DNA of 64,000 nucleotides from Alphaproteobacteria bacterium (GTDB lineage: Bacteria > Pseudomonadota > Alphaproteobacteria > Bin95). Positions within the stretch are counted from its first letter, which is position 1, and every line of letters starts with the position of its first letter. Of the stretch, positions 50,256 to 59,608 are shown piece by piece. The stretch lies in assembly GCA_965220855.1 (NCBI GenBank), contig CBDCQY010000002.1, forward strand, positions 136,001 to 200,000. The letters are read 5' to 3'. Both the position numbers and the translations under genes were made by a program. The notes below the pieces were generated by a model, which worked only from the letters and a program-made list of their open reading frames with translations, was not told where the DNA came from and ran no database searches.

Positions 50256-52676
50256 ATGGAAGTCTCCGCCTTCATCGATCGACGCCCGGACGCCGGCGAG
50301 GCGCTGGCGCTGGCCGACAGCGGCGATCTCGCGGGCCTCATGGCGGCGGCGGCGGAATTGCGGGACCGGCTCCACGGGCCGCGCGTCAGTTTTTCGCGCA
50401 AGGTGTTCATTCCGCTCACCCATCTCTGCCGGGATGTCTGCCATTACTGCACCTTCGCGCACCCGCCGCGCCGGGGCGAGCGCGCCTACATGACGCCGGA
50501 CCGGGTGCTGGAAGTCGCGCGCGCGGGCGCGGCGGCCGGCTGCAAGGAGGCGCTGTTCACGCTCGGCGACAAGCCGGAGCGGCGCTACCGCGCGGCGCGC
50601 GAGGCGCTGGCGGAACTCGGCCATAAGACGACGCTCGACTATCTGGGCGCCATGGCGAAGCTGGTCTTCGAGGAGACCGGCCTCTTGCCGCATCTCAATC
50701 CGGGGCTGATGAGCGCGGCGGAACTGGCGGCGCTCCGCCCGGTCGCGGCCTCCATGGGCATCATGCTGGAAAGCGCCTCCGACCGGCTCTGCGAGAAGGG
50801 CATGGCGCATTACGGCTCGCCGGACAAGCGCCCGGCGCGCCGGCTGGAGACCATCCGCCTGGCGGGCGAGGCGAAGATTCCCTTCACCTCCGGCATCCTG
50901 ATCGGCATCGGCGAAACCCGGCGCGAGCGCATCGAGGCGCTGCTGGCGCTCCGCGACATCGACGACGCGACCGGCGCGGTGCAGGAGATCATCGTCCAGA
51001 ATTTCCGCGCCAAGCCGGGCACCAAGATGGCCGGCGCGCCCGAACCCGGCCTCGACGAGCTGCTCTGGACCATCGCCGCCGCCCGGCTGATCTTCGGCCC
51101 GGCCGCCTCCATCCAGGCCCCGCCCAATCTCTCGCCGGGCGCGCTCGGCCCGATCGTGGCGGCGGGCATCGACGACTGGGGCGGCGTCTCGCCGGTGACG
51201 CCGGATTTCGTCAATCCCGAAGCGCCCTGGCCGCATCTGGAGGCGCTGGCGCGCGAGACGGCCGCGGCCGGCAAGCAGCTGGTCGAGCGCCTGACCGCCT
51301 ATCCGCGCTATCTCGACGCCGAATGGCTGGCTCCGCCGATGCTGACCCGGGCCTTGCAGCTCTCCGACGCCGAAGGGCTGGCGCGGCCGGACGACTGGTC
51401 GCCGGGCGCGCTCAAGGCTCCGGAGCCGATGCCGAGGCGGGGCGCGGCGAGCGCCGATATCGCGGACATGCTGGAAGAGACCCTGGCCGGCGCGCCGCTC
51501 GACGAGGCGCGCATCGTGTGCCTGTTCGGGGCGCGCGACGACGACTTCCACGCCGTGGCGGCGGCGGCCGACCGGCTGCGCGCGCGGCTTGCCGGCGATA
51601 CGGTCACCTATGTGGTGAACCGCAATATCAACTACACCAATGTCTGCTACTTCAAATGCCAGTTCTGCGCCTTCTCCAAGGGCAAGCTCTCGGAGAATCT
51701 GCGCGGGCGGCCCTACGACCTGGACCTGGACGAGATCCGCCGGCGCGTCCGCGAGGCCTGGGAACGCGGCGCCACCGAGGTCTGTATGCAGGGCGGCATC
51801 CACCCGGACTATACCGGGCGGACCTATCTGGATGTGCTCGACGCGGTGAAGTCGGCCGCCCCGGACATCCACATCCACGCCTTCACGCCGCTCGAAGTGT
51901 TCCAGGGCGCGCATACGCTGGGCCTGTCCGTCGAGGCCTTTCTGCGCGACCTGAAGGCCGCCGGCCTCGGCACCCTGCCGGGCACGGCGGCGGAGATACT
52001 CGACGACGAGGTGCGGCGCATCATCTGCCCGGACAAGATCGACACCCGCCAGTGGCTCGACGTAATGGAGACGGCGCACGGCCTCGGCATCCGCTCGACC
52101 GCGACCGTCATGTACGGCCATGTCGAGCGGCCGGTCCATTGGGCGCGCCATTTGCTGCGGCTCCGCGACTTGCAGGCGCGGACCGGCGGCTTCACCGAAT
52201 TCGTGCCGCTGCCCTTCGTGCATATGGAGGCGCCGATCTATCTCAAGGGCCGGGCGCGCAAGGGGCCGACCTTCCGCGAGGCGGTGCTGATGCACGCCGT
52301 TGCGAGGCTGGCGCTCGCGCCGCATTTCATCAACATCCAGACCTCCTGGGTCAAGATGGGGCCGGAGGGCGTGGCGGCGGCGCTCGCTGCGGGCGCCAAC
52401 GATCTGGGCGGCACGCTGATGAACGAAAGCATCACCCGCGCCGCCGGCACGCTGCACGGGCAGGAAATGCCGCCGCACCGCATGGAGGAGGCGATCCGCG
52501 CCGCCGGCCGGCGGCCGGCCCAGCGCACCACGCCCTATGGGCGCCCGCCCGAGACGCAGACCCGCCGCTCGCGCCAGGCCCCGCCGCTCGCCCCTGCGGT
52601 CGAGACGCCGGCGCGCAAATATGAGCGCACCGGCCCCCGCAGCCTCTACCGCCCGGGCCTGACCGCGGCGGAATAG
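50256..52676 (+). CDS. fbiC: Bifunctional FO synthase FbiC (fused CofG + CofH radical-SAM domains; 7,8-didemethyl-8-hydroxy-5-deazariboflavin synthase of F420 biosynthesis)
   Basis: 806 aa with two CxxxCxxC radical-SAM motifs (CRDVCHYCTF and CYFKCQFCAF), each followed by CofG/CofH-type domains. Start at M18 of ORF 50205..52676. Confidence 0.85.
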   Translation: MEVSAFIDRRPDAGEALALADSGDLAGLMAAAAELRDRLHGPRVSFSRKVFIPLTHLCRDVCHYCTFAHPPRRGERAYMTPDRVLEVARAGAAAGCKEALFTLGDKPERRYRAAREALAELGHKTTLDYLGAMAKLVFEETGLLPHLNPGLMSAAELAALRPVAASMGIMLESASDRLCEKGMAHYGSPDKRPARRLETIRLAGEAKIPFTSGILIGIGETRRERIEALLALRDIDDATGAVQEIIVQNFRAKPGTKMAGAPEPGLDELLWTIAAARLIFGPAASIQAPPNLSPGALGPIVAAGIDDWGGVSPVTPDFVNPEAPWPHLEALARETAAAGKQLVERLTAYPRYLDAEWLAPPMLTRALQLSDAEGLARPDDWSPGALKAPEPMPRRGAASADIADMLEETLAGAPLDEARIVCLFGARDDDFHAVAAAADRLRARLAGDTVTYVVNRNINYTNVCYFKCQFCAFSKGKLSENLRGRPYDLDLDEIRRRVREAWERGATEVCMQGGIHPDYTGRTYLDVLDAVKSAAPDIHIHAFTPLEVFQGAHTLGLSVEAFLRDLKAAGLGTLPGTAAEILDDEVRRIICPDKIDTRQWLDVMETAHGLGIRSTATVMYGHVERPVHWARHLLRLRDLQARTGGFTEFVPLPFVHMEAPIYLKGRARKGPTFREAVLMHAVARLALAPHFINIQTSWVKMGPEGVAAALAAGANDLGGTLMNESITRAAGTLHGQEMPPHRMEEAIRAAGRRPAQRTTPYGRPPETQTRRSRQAPPLAPAVETPARKYERTGPRSLYRPGLTAAE

Positions 52677-52748
52677 CGAACCGGCCTTGCGCCGTTCGCA
52701 AATCCATGTGTATATTGGAGCGGTGCGGGCGAGCCCGTTGTCTTCGAT

Positions 52749-53003
52749 GTGGAGGATTATGTGTTGAGCGCGGAACTGATCGCCATTCTGGGCGTCGGCG
52801 TGGCCCTGGCGGGATTTATCTGGCAAGGACTGCGAAGCCTTCGCGCCGATCTGGTCGGCCGGATGGACCGTATGGAGGGCCGGTCGGACTCTCGGATGGA
52901 TCGGATCGAGGACAGGATGACGGAATTGGGCGACCGCGTATCGCGGATCGAGGGAATGCTGCACCAGCATTTCGGCCGCAACGAGCCGCCGGCGGCGGAA
53001 TAG
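52749..53003 (+). CDS. Hypothetical small protein: N-terminal TM helix + coiled coil (RMDR[M/I]E motifs); tandem paralog 1
   Basis: 84 aa. A possible TTG/GTG start a few codons in would give MSAELIAILG, matching its paralog. Lower-GC patch with a TATATT -10-like element upstream. Confidence 0.4.
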   Translation: MEDYVLSAELIAILGVGVALAGFIWQGLRSLRADLVGRMDRMEGRSDSRMDRIEDRMTELGDRVSRIEGMLHQHFGRNEPPAAE

Positions 53004-53021
53004 CGGCGAAAAGGCTATGCC

Positions 53022-53285
53022 ATGAGCGCGGAACTGATCGCCATTGTGGGCGTCGGCTTGGCCTTGGCGGGTCTGTTCTGGCATGGGCAGCGCGGTATCC
53101 GCGCCGAACAGCGGCAATTCCAGGTCGAACTGCAGCAAGTGCGTGCGGAGCTTGGCGGCCGGATGGACCGCATCGAGGACAGAATGACCGAACTGTGCGC
53201 CTCGGTGTCGCGGATCGAGCGGATGCTGCGCCGGCATCTCGGCCCGGCCGCAACGCCGCCGGCGGACCGGGCGCCTACCCCATAA
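53022..53285 (+). CDS. Hypothetical small protein: N-terminal TM helix + coiled coil; tandem paralog 2
   Basis: 87 aa. MSAELIAIVGVGLALAGLFW...GRMDRIEDRMTEL...VSRIERML. About 50% identical to the preceding ORF. Confidence 0.4.
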   Translation: MSAELIAIVGVGLALAGLFWHGQRGIRAEQRQFQVELQQVRAELGGRMDRIEDRMTELCASVSRIERMLRRHLGPAATPPADRAPTP

Positions 53286-53607
53286 GCTCCACCGGCTCGT
53301 CGAGCGGGTGGCGGCCTTCGCGGTCTTCGATTTCCAGCACCCAGAGGTCGGGGTCGCGGGCCGCCTCGCGGGCGATTTCGGCGTCGGCTTCGGCTTCCGG
53401 CGCGGGCGGGCGGGCGAGCCAGCGGCGGCTGTCGCCCTCCCGCCAGGCCGGGCGCAGCAATTGCGCCGTGCCGTCGAGGCGATTCAGCTTGAGCAGCACC
53501 GCGCCCGCGCCGTCGAAGCCGCGCCTCGCCACCTGCGCCGCGCAGCCGCGCGCCGAAGCCGCCCGCACGCAGGCCTGGATGTAGAGACGCGGCGTCAGCG
53601 CCGGCAC
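53275..53607 (-). CDS. Conserved alphaproteobacterial hypothetical protein (probably DUF1491 family)
   Basis: 110 aa. ...GAVLLKLNRLDGTAQLLRP... pattern. The family call is from memory. Confidence 0.45.
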   Translation of the reverse strand: MPALTPRLYIQACVRAASARGCAAQVARRGFDGAGAVLLKLNRLDGTAQLLRPAWREGDSRRWLARPPAPEAEADAEIAREAARDPDLWVLEIEDREGRHPLDEPVELMG

Positions 53608-53615
53608 GGGAGGCC

Positions 53616-54482
53616 TCAGGCGTGGCCGGGCACGATGTGGCGCGCCGGCGAGGGGCGGAAGGTCGCCCGCTTCAGCCAGCGGTTCTGCGCCGGGTCGAAG
53701 TCGTCGCGCTTGTGCAGCAGGAAGCCATTGTCCCAGAGCACCGTGTCGCCGACCCGCCAGTCGTGGCGATAGACGAAGCGCGCCTCGGTGGCGTGCGCGA
53801 TCAGCCGGTCGAGCAGCGCGCGGCCTTCCGCCGCCTCCATGCCCTCGACGCCGGCCATGGTTCCGGGATCGAGATAGAGCGCCTTGCGCCCGCTCGCGGG
53901 ATGGGTGTGCACCAGCGGGTGGGTCACATCCGGGGTGCGCCGGCGGATTTCCGCCTCGGCCAGCTTGTCGATCTCACCGTAGCCGGCCACGCGCACGGCG
54001 TAGCTGAAGACGCCGCGCCGGGTCTCGATCTCGGCCTTGGTGTCGTCGTCCAGCGCCGCCCAGGCGGCTTCCAGATTGGCCCAGCAGGTGGGCGCGCCGT
54101 CGGCCGGCGTCTCGACGCAATAGAGCAGCGAGCCGGTGGCCGGCCGGGCCATGTAGGACTGGTCGGTGTGCCAGGCGAGCTCGCCCTGGCCGACGCCGCC
54201 GATCGTGTCGCCGTCGGGGCCGCGCATGTTGGAGATATAGGTGATCTCCGGCACGGATTTGGACGCCCAGTCGGCGCGCACGATCCGCTCCAGCGCGCCG
54301 AACCAGCCGGCCGCCACCGCCAGTTCCGTCTCGGAGAGCGCCTGGCGGCGGAACACCAGCACGCCATGCTCCGCGAGCGCGGCGTCGAGTGCGGCGCGCA
54401 CGTCCGGTCCGGGCGCCTCATGCAGCGCGACGCCCTCGACGATGCGCGCGAAGCCGTTGTCGGCGGGAGTGAGCGTGAACAT
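53616..54482 (-). CDS. TauD/TfdA family Fe(II)/2-oxoglutarate-dependent dioxygenase
   Basis: WHTDQSY iron-binding HxD motif. C-terminal H and R motifs in typical spacing. Confidence 0.85.
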   Translation of the reverse strand: MFTLTPADNGFARIVEGVALHEAPGPDVRAALDAALAEHGVLVFRRQALSETELAVAAGWFGALERIVRADWASKSVPEITYISNMRGPDGDTIGGVGQGELAWHTDQSYMARPATGSLLYCVETPADGAPTCWANLEAAWAALDDDTKAEIETRRGVFSYAVRVAGYGEIDKLAEAEIRRRTPDVTHPLVHTHPASGRKALYLDPGTMAGVEGMEAAEGRALLDRLIAHATEARFVYRHDWRVGDTVLWDNGFLLHKRDDFDPAQNRWLKRATFRPSPARHIVPGHA

Positions 54483-55423
54483 CAGAGCTCCTTCAGCAGC
54501 GCCTCGATATCGTCCGGTCCCTGCACGGCCACGCCCGACATGTTGCGGTCGATGCGCCGCACCAGCCCGGAGAGCACCTTGCCGCTGCCGAGCTCGACCA
54601 GCTTGTCCACGTCATTGTCGCGCATGAAGAGCATGCTCTCGCGCCAGCGCACCGTCGCCGTGACCTGGCGCACCAGCAGGTCGGGCAGTTCGCTCGCATC
54701 CTCGACCGGCAGCGCGGTGACATTGGCGACCGGCGGCGCGGCGGGCGCGGCGATCTCTACCTCGGCCAGCGCCTCGGCCATGGCGTCGGCGGCCGGGCGC
54801 AGCAGGGCGGAGTGGAAGGGCGCGCTCACATCGAGCAGGATCGCGCGGCGCGCGCCAAGCCCGCGCGCGATCTCGACCGCGCGCTCGACCGCCTCCCGGT
54901 CGCCGCTCACCACCACCTGCCCCGGCGCATTGTCGTTGGCGACATCGCAGACCTGGCCCTCGGCGGCCTGGCTCGCCACCTCCGTCACCTGGTCGATCTC
55001 GAGCCCCAGCAGCGCCGCCATGGCGCCCGCGCCCACCGGCGCGGCCGCCTGCATCGACCGGCCGCGCAGCCGGAGCAGCCGCGCGGCGTCCGCCAGGCGG
55101 AAAGCGCCGACGGCGGTGAGCGCGGAATATTCGCCGAGCGAATGGCCGGCGACGAAGCGCGCGGCCGCCGGCAGCGCCACGCCGCCCTCGCGCTCCAGCA
55201 CGCGCAGCGCCGCCATGCTGTGCGCCATCAGCGCCGGCTGGGCGTTCTCGGTGAGCGTCAGCGTCTCCGCCGGGCCCTCGAACATCAGCCGCGAGAGATT
55301 CTGCCCGAGCGCCTCATCGACCTCCTCGAACACCTCGCGCGCCGCGAGCGAGGCCTCGGCCAGCGCCCGACCCATGCCGACGGCCTGCGATCCCTGTCCC
55401 GGAAAGACGAACGCCCGCGCCAC
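54482..55423 (-). CDS. fabD: ACP S-malonyltransferase
   Basis: FVFPGQGSQ and GHSLGEYSAL active-site motifs. GTG start with a GGGAGGGGA RBS chosen over the upstream GTG at 55447. Confidence 0.9.
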   Translation of the reverse strand: MARAFVFPGQGSQAVGMGRALAEASLAAREVFEEVDEALGQNLSRLMFEGPAETLTLTENAQPALMAHSMAALRVLEREGGVALPAAARFVAGHSLGEYSALTAVGAFRLADAARLLRLRGRSMQAAAPVGAGAMAALLGLEIDQVTEVASQAAEGQVCDVANDNAPGQVVVSGDREAVERAVEIARGLGARRAILLDVSAPFHSALLRPAADAMAEALAEVEIAAPAAPPVANVTALPVEDASELPDLLVRQVTATVRWRESMLFMRDNDVDKLVELGSGKVLSGLVRRIDRNMSGVAVQGPDDIEALLKEL

Positions 55424-55569
55424 TGGTCCCCTCCCGCTGGCTGTCACCGAAGCGCAATCAAGGCGCGCCGGCGGAAACTGTCAAGGCCGCGCGCGGCGGC
55501 TTGCGCCCGCCGCCGGGTCGTGTATAACCGCGCGTCGCACCATAACAGCCGGGACGAAGCCGACGAGCC

Positions 55570-56013
55570 ATGGCTCTTTACGAGAATGTCTTCATCGCCC
55601 GCCAGGACATGTCTCCCGCGCAGGTGGAGAACCTGGCGGACGACTATGTCTCCGTCATGGAGTCGCTGGGCGGCACGGTAGCCAAGCGCGAGCATTGGGG
55701 CCTCAAGACGCTCGCCTACCGCATCAAGAAGAACCGCAAGGGCCATTATGTGCTCTTCAATTTCGACGCCTCCGGCGACGCGATCGCGGAGCTGGAGCGC
55801 CGGATGCGCCTCTCCGAGGATGTGTTGCGCTATCTCACCGTGCGCATCGACGCCGTGGACGAGCGCCCCTCGGTGATGCTGCAGGCGCGCCCGCGCGACG
55901 ATCGCGGCCGGCGCGATGCGCGCCCGCGCCGCGAGTCCCGGGGAGAGCCTCGCGAGGCCGCGCCCGCGCCGGAGTCCGCGCCTGAAGCCGCCGCCCAGGA
56001 GGCCGCCCAATGA
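55570..56013 (+). CDS. rpsF: 30S ribosomal protein S6
   Basis: [20 protein letters not shown]... with an acidic/Arg-rich C-terminal tail. Confidence 0.95.
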   Translation: MALYENVFIARQDMSPAQVENLADDYVSVMESLGGTVAKREHWGLKTLAYRIKKNRKGHYVLFNFDASGDAIAELERRMRLSEDVLRYLTVRIDAVDERPSVMLQARPRDDRGRRDARPRRESRGEPREAAPAPESAPEAAAQEAAQ

Positions 56014-56249
56014 ACGCCGCCGCCCCCCGCCGCCCGTTCTTCCGCCGGCGCAAGAGCTGCCCGTTTTCCGGCCCCAACGCGCCGGAGATCGACTACAAGG
56101 ATGTGAAGCTGCTGCAGCGCTTCCTGTCGGAGCGCGGCAAGATCGTGCCGAGCCGGATTACCGCCGTGTCGGCGAAGAAGCAGCGCGAACTCGCCCGCGC
56201 CATCAAGCGGGCGCGCTTTCTGGGCCTCCTGCCCTATGTCGTGAAATAG
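56010..56249 (+). CDS. rpsR: 30S ribosomal protein S18
   Basis: ...[55 protein letters not shown]... Confidence 0.95.
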   Translation: MNAAAPRRPFFRRRKSCPFSGPNAPEIDYKDVKLLQRFLSERGKIVPSRITAVSAKKQRELARAIKRARFLGLLPYVVK

Positions 56250-56254
56250 GGTCG

Positions 56255-56274
56255 GGGGAGCTCCGGCTCTCCCC
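56255..56274 (+). terminator. Possible weak intrinsic terminator or RNA hairpin after rpsR (GGGGAG-loop-CTCCCC followed by GCTTAT)
   Basis: 6-bp GC stem directly after the rpsR stop. The U-tract is poor. Confidence 0.25.
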
Positions 56275-56283
56275 GCTTATGGG

Positions 56284-57225
56284 ATGGGCAAGGACCTCAT
56301 CCTGCTGGTCGTCGGCGGCCTGACCGCCGGCCTCCTGTTCGGCTCCATTTCGACCGGCTCGCTGGCCGCAGCCTTCCTGCTCTATTTCGCCGCCGCGCCG
56401 CTCTTCCTGGTGGGCCTGTCGCTCGGCTGGCTGCCGGCGGCTGCCGCCGCCCTGGTGGGCGCGGCTGTGGTGACCGTCATGCTGGGGCTGCTGGCGGCGG
56501 GCAATTTCGCGCTCGCGGTCGGCTTGCCCGCCGCGCTGCTCTGCCGCCAGGCGCTGCTGAGCCGCCCGGACGGGCAGGGCGGCGCGGAATGGTATCCGCC
56601 GGGCCGGCTGGCGGCCCTGCTCGCCGGCCTGGCGGCGGCGATCCTTGCCGGCATGTGCGTCTTCGCCCTGCTCCGGGGCGTCGATCCGCGCGAGGCGGTG
56701 CAGCAGGCGGTCGAGGCGGTGCTGAATGCGGGTCTGCCGCCGGAAGTCGCCGAGCGCGCCGCCGAACAGGGGCTGGCGGGGCAGATCGGCAGCGTGCTGC
56801 CGGGCGTCTCGGCGGCCATGATCTATATCGCGCTGGCCTTCGATGGCGTGCTGGCGCAGGGGATCGCCGCGCGGCTCGGCATCGCGCGCCGCCCGACGCC
56901 CGCCTGGCGCGCGATCGCGCTGCCGTCCTGGCTCACGGTGGCGCTCGGCGTCTGCTGTCTCGGGGCGATTGCCGGCGGCGGGCTGCTGGAGTATATCGCC
57001 CGCAATCTGGCGGTGGTGCTGGCCGTTCCGTTCCTGTTGCAGGGTCTGGCCGTGGTCCACAGCCTGGCGAGCCGGCTGCCGGGGCGCGCGGTCTGGCTGG
57101 TCGGGTTCTACCTGCTGGCGATCGTCATGGCCTGGCCGTTCCTGCTGGTGGCGGCGCTTGGCCTCGCCGAACCCTATGCCGCGCTGCGCACCCGTTTCGG
57201 GGGCGGCGCGAAGGAGAACGAGTGA
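56284..57225 (+). CDS. DUF2232-type polytopic membrane protein (conserved between rpsR and rplI in Rhizobiales)
   Basis: 313 aa with multiple TM helices. Conserved synteny position. Confidence 0.7.
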   Translation: MGKDLILLVVGGLTAGLLFGSISTGSLAAAFLLYFAAAPLFLVGLSLGWLPAAAAALVGAAVVTVMLGLLAAGNFALAVGLPAALLCRQALLSRPDGQGGAEWYPPGRLAALLAGLAAAILAGMCVFALLRGVDPREAVQQAVEAVLNAGLPPEVAERAAEQGLAGQIGSVLPGVSAAMIYIALAFDGVLAQGIAARLGIARRPTPAWRAIALPSWLTVALGVCCLGAIAGGGLLEYIARNLAVVLAVPFLLQGLAVVHSLASRLPGRAVWLVGFYLLAIVMAWPFLLVAALGLAEPYAALRTRFGGGAKENE

Positions 57226-57824
57226 TGGAACTGGTGCTGCTCGAACGGGTCGAGAGCCTCGGCCTGATGGGCGATGTGGTCACGGTCAAGCCGGGCTATG
57301 CGCGCAACTATCTTCTGCCGCAGAAGAAGGCGCTCCGGGCGACGCCGGAGAACATGGCCGCCTTCGAGGCGCGCCGGGCGGAGCTGGAGGCGCGCAATCT
57401 GGAGCGCAAGGGCGAGGCCGAGGCGGTCGCCGCCAGGCTGGAGGGCTTCAGCGTCACGGTGATTCGCCGCGCCGGCGACACCGGCCACCTCTACGGCTCG
57501 GTCACCGTGCGCGACATCGCCGAGGCCGCGCATGAGGCGGGCGTCGAGCTCGACCGCCGGCAGCTGCGGCTGGCCCAGCCGATCAAGGCGCTCGGGCTGC
57601 ACGAGATCGCGGTGCAGCTGCACCCCGAGGTGCAGGTCGGGATCGCCGCCAATGTCGCCCGCACGCTCGACGAGGCCGAGGCGCAGGCGCGCGGCGAGGA
57701 TGTGCTGGCGGCCGAGGAGGAGGACGCCTATCGTTTCGAGGGCGGCATGTCGGAGTTCTTCGAGGGCGGCGAGGCGCCCGACGCCGGGGCGGAGCCGGAA
57801 GAGGGCGAGGAAGGGAGCGGCTAG
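57225..57824 (+). CDS. rplI: 50S ribosomal protein L9
   Basis: [32 protein letters not shown]... with an acidic C-terminal extension. AAGGAGAA RBS. Confidence 0.95.
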   Translation: MELVLLERVESLGLMGDVVTVKPGYARNYLLPQKKALRATPENMAAFEARRAELEARNLERKGEAEAVAARLEGFSVTVIRRAGDTGHLYGSVTVRDIAEAAHEAGVELDRRQLRLAQPIKALGLHEIAVQLHPEVQVGIAANVARTLDEAEAQARGEDVLAAEEEDAYRFEGGMSEFFEGGEAPDAGAEPEEGEEGSG

Positions 57825-57867
57825 CGCGCCGCTCGCCGCCCGCCGACGGGAAGGGAGCGCGGGTTCG

Positions 57868-59070
57868 ATGCTGTATCTGCCGTTTCTGCGCCGGCTGATC
57901 GCGTTCGGCGCGCTGACGGTGATCGACCACCGTGGAACCGTGCATCGGCTGGAAGGCGAGGGCGGCCCGTCGGCGACGATTCGCATCCATGACGCCTCGG
58001 TCGGGCGCGCCATGCTGCGCAGCGCCGCGCTCGCCGTCGGCGAGGCCTATATGGACGGCCGGCTGACGATCGAGGAAGGCACGCTGTTCGACTTCCTCGC
58101 CATCGCGCTGGAAAATCAGCGCCGCGCCAGACTCCGGGGGGATTTTCGGCTGGCGGCGCTGGCGCACAAGCTGCTCGGCCGCGCCCGCAGCCGCAATCCG
58201 GTCGGCGCGGCCCGGCGCAAGGTCTCGCATCATTACGACCTGAAACCGGAACTGTTCGACCTCTTCCTGGACAGCGACCGGCAATATTCCTGCGCCTATT
58301 TCGCCTCCGACGATGACGATCTGGAAAGCGCGCAGCGGCGCAAGAAGACCCATCTGGCCGCCAAGCTGCTGCTGCGACCGGGCGACCGGGTGCTCGATAT
58401 CGGCTCCGGCTGGGGCGGGCTCGGCCTTTATCTGGCCGGGCTGGAAGAGGTCGATGTGACCGGCGTGACCTTGAGCCACGAGCAGCATGAGATGTCCAAC
58501 CGGCGCGCGGCCGAGCAGGGGCTGGAAGACCGGGTGCGCTTCAAGCTGCTCGACTACCGCGAGGAGGACGGGCGCTATGAGCGCATCGTCTCGGTCGGGA
58601 TGCTGGAGCATGTCGGCGTGCAGCATTACCGCGAGTTCTTCCGCAAGCTGCGCGAACTGCTGACCGATGATGGCGTGGCGCTGGTGCACACCATCGGCTG
58701 CCCGGATTCGCCGGGGCCGGTCAATCCCTGGATCACGCGCTACATCTTCCCCGGCGGCTATCTGCCGACGCTCTCCGAGCTCACGCCGGCGATCGAGGAG
58801 CAGTTCCTGACCGTCACCGACATCGAGGTGCTGAAGCGCCATTACGCGCGCACGCTCAACGCCTGGCGGCGGGGTTTCATGGCCAACTGGGACAAGGCGC
58901 GCGCCATGTATGACGAGCGCTTCTGCCGCATGTGGGAGTTCTATCTGACCTCCTGCGAGGTCAGCTTCCTCGCCGGCATCGTGGCCGTCTATCAGATCCA
59001 GCTCGCGCGCAACGGCGCTTCGGTGCCCGAGACGCGTGACTATATCCACGCTTTCGAAGCCGCCCATTGA
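57868..59070 (+). CDS. cfa: Cyclopropane-fatty-acyl-phospholipid synthase family methyltransferase
   Basis: Start at M113 of ORF 57532..59070 (MLYLPFLRRL). VLDIGSGWGG SAM motif. YIFPGGYLP motif. Confidence 0.9.
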   Translation: MLYLPFLRRLIAFGALTVIDHRGTVHRLEGEGGPSATIRIHDASVGRAMLRSAALAVGEAYMDGRLTIEEGTLFDFLAIALENQRRARLRGDFRLAALAHKLLGRARSRNPVGAARRKVSHHYDLKPELFDLFLDSDRQYSCAYFASDDDDLESAQRRKKTHLAAKLLLRPGDRVLDIGSGWGGLGLYLAGLEEVDVTGVTLSHEQHEMSNRRAAEQGLEDRVRFKLLDYREEDGRYERIVSVGMLEHVGVQHYREFFRKLRELLTDDGVALVHTIGCPDSPGPVNPWITRYIFPGGYLPTLSELTPAIEEQFLTVTDIEVLKRHYARTLNAWRRGFMANWDKARAMYDERFCRMWEFYLTSCEVSFLAGIVAVYQIQLARNGASVPETRDYIHAFEAAH

Positions 59071-59513
59071 TGCAGGACGGTGCGCCGGCAGAGTCCGGCG
59101 ACGCGCTCGCCCGGCGCGTCGCGGCCGCGATGTATGAAGAGGACGCCGCCTCGCGCGGCCTCGGCATCCGGCTGGAGGAAGTGGGCGAAGGCTGGGCGCG
59201 CCTCTCGATGCGGGTCGGGGAGCAGATGCTGAACGGCCACCGGGTCTGCCATGGCGGCTATATCTTCTCGCTGGCGGATTCGGCCATGGCGTTCGCCAGC
59301 AACAGCCGCAACCGGGTTTCGGTGGCGCAGTTCTGCTCCATCTCCTTCCTGCGTCCGGGCCGGGCCGGCCGGCTGCTGCTGGCGGAGGCGCGCGAGCAGA
59401 CGGTCGCCGGGCGGAGCGCCGCCTACCGGGTCGAGGTGCGCGAGGCCGAGGGCGAGGTGGTCGCCGTCTTCTCCGGCGTCGTGCGTCGTCTCGGCGAGCA
59501 GACCATCGTCTGA
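59070..59513 (+). CDS. PaaI-family hotdog-fold thioesterase
   Basis: HGGYIFSLADSAMAFA hotdog motif. The ATG shares a base with the cfa stop (TGATG). Confidence 0.8.
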   Translation: MQDGAPAESGDALARRVAAAMYEEDAASRGLGIRLEEVGEGWARLSMRVGEQMLNGHRVCHGGYIFSLADSAMAFASNSRNRVSVAQFCSISFLRPGRAGRLLLAEAREQTVAGRSAAYRVEVREAEGEVVAVFSGVVRRLGEQTIV

Positions 59514-59608
59514 GCGCGCCCTTCAGCCGCCGCTCGGCAATATCGGCCCGTTCCTGTGATACACAGGCCGGCCGATTCGGATCGTAGCTGGACAGGGGAG
59601 GCGAGGCG

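Noticed and set aside
49875-53237. 1120-aa minus-strand ORF
   Set aside because: This is the antisense of fbiC and the two small downstream genes. It is a GC shadow.
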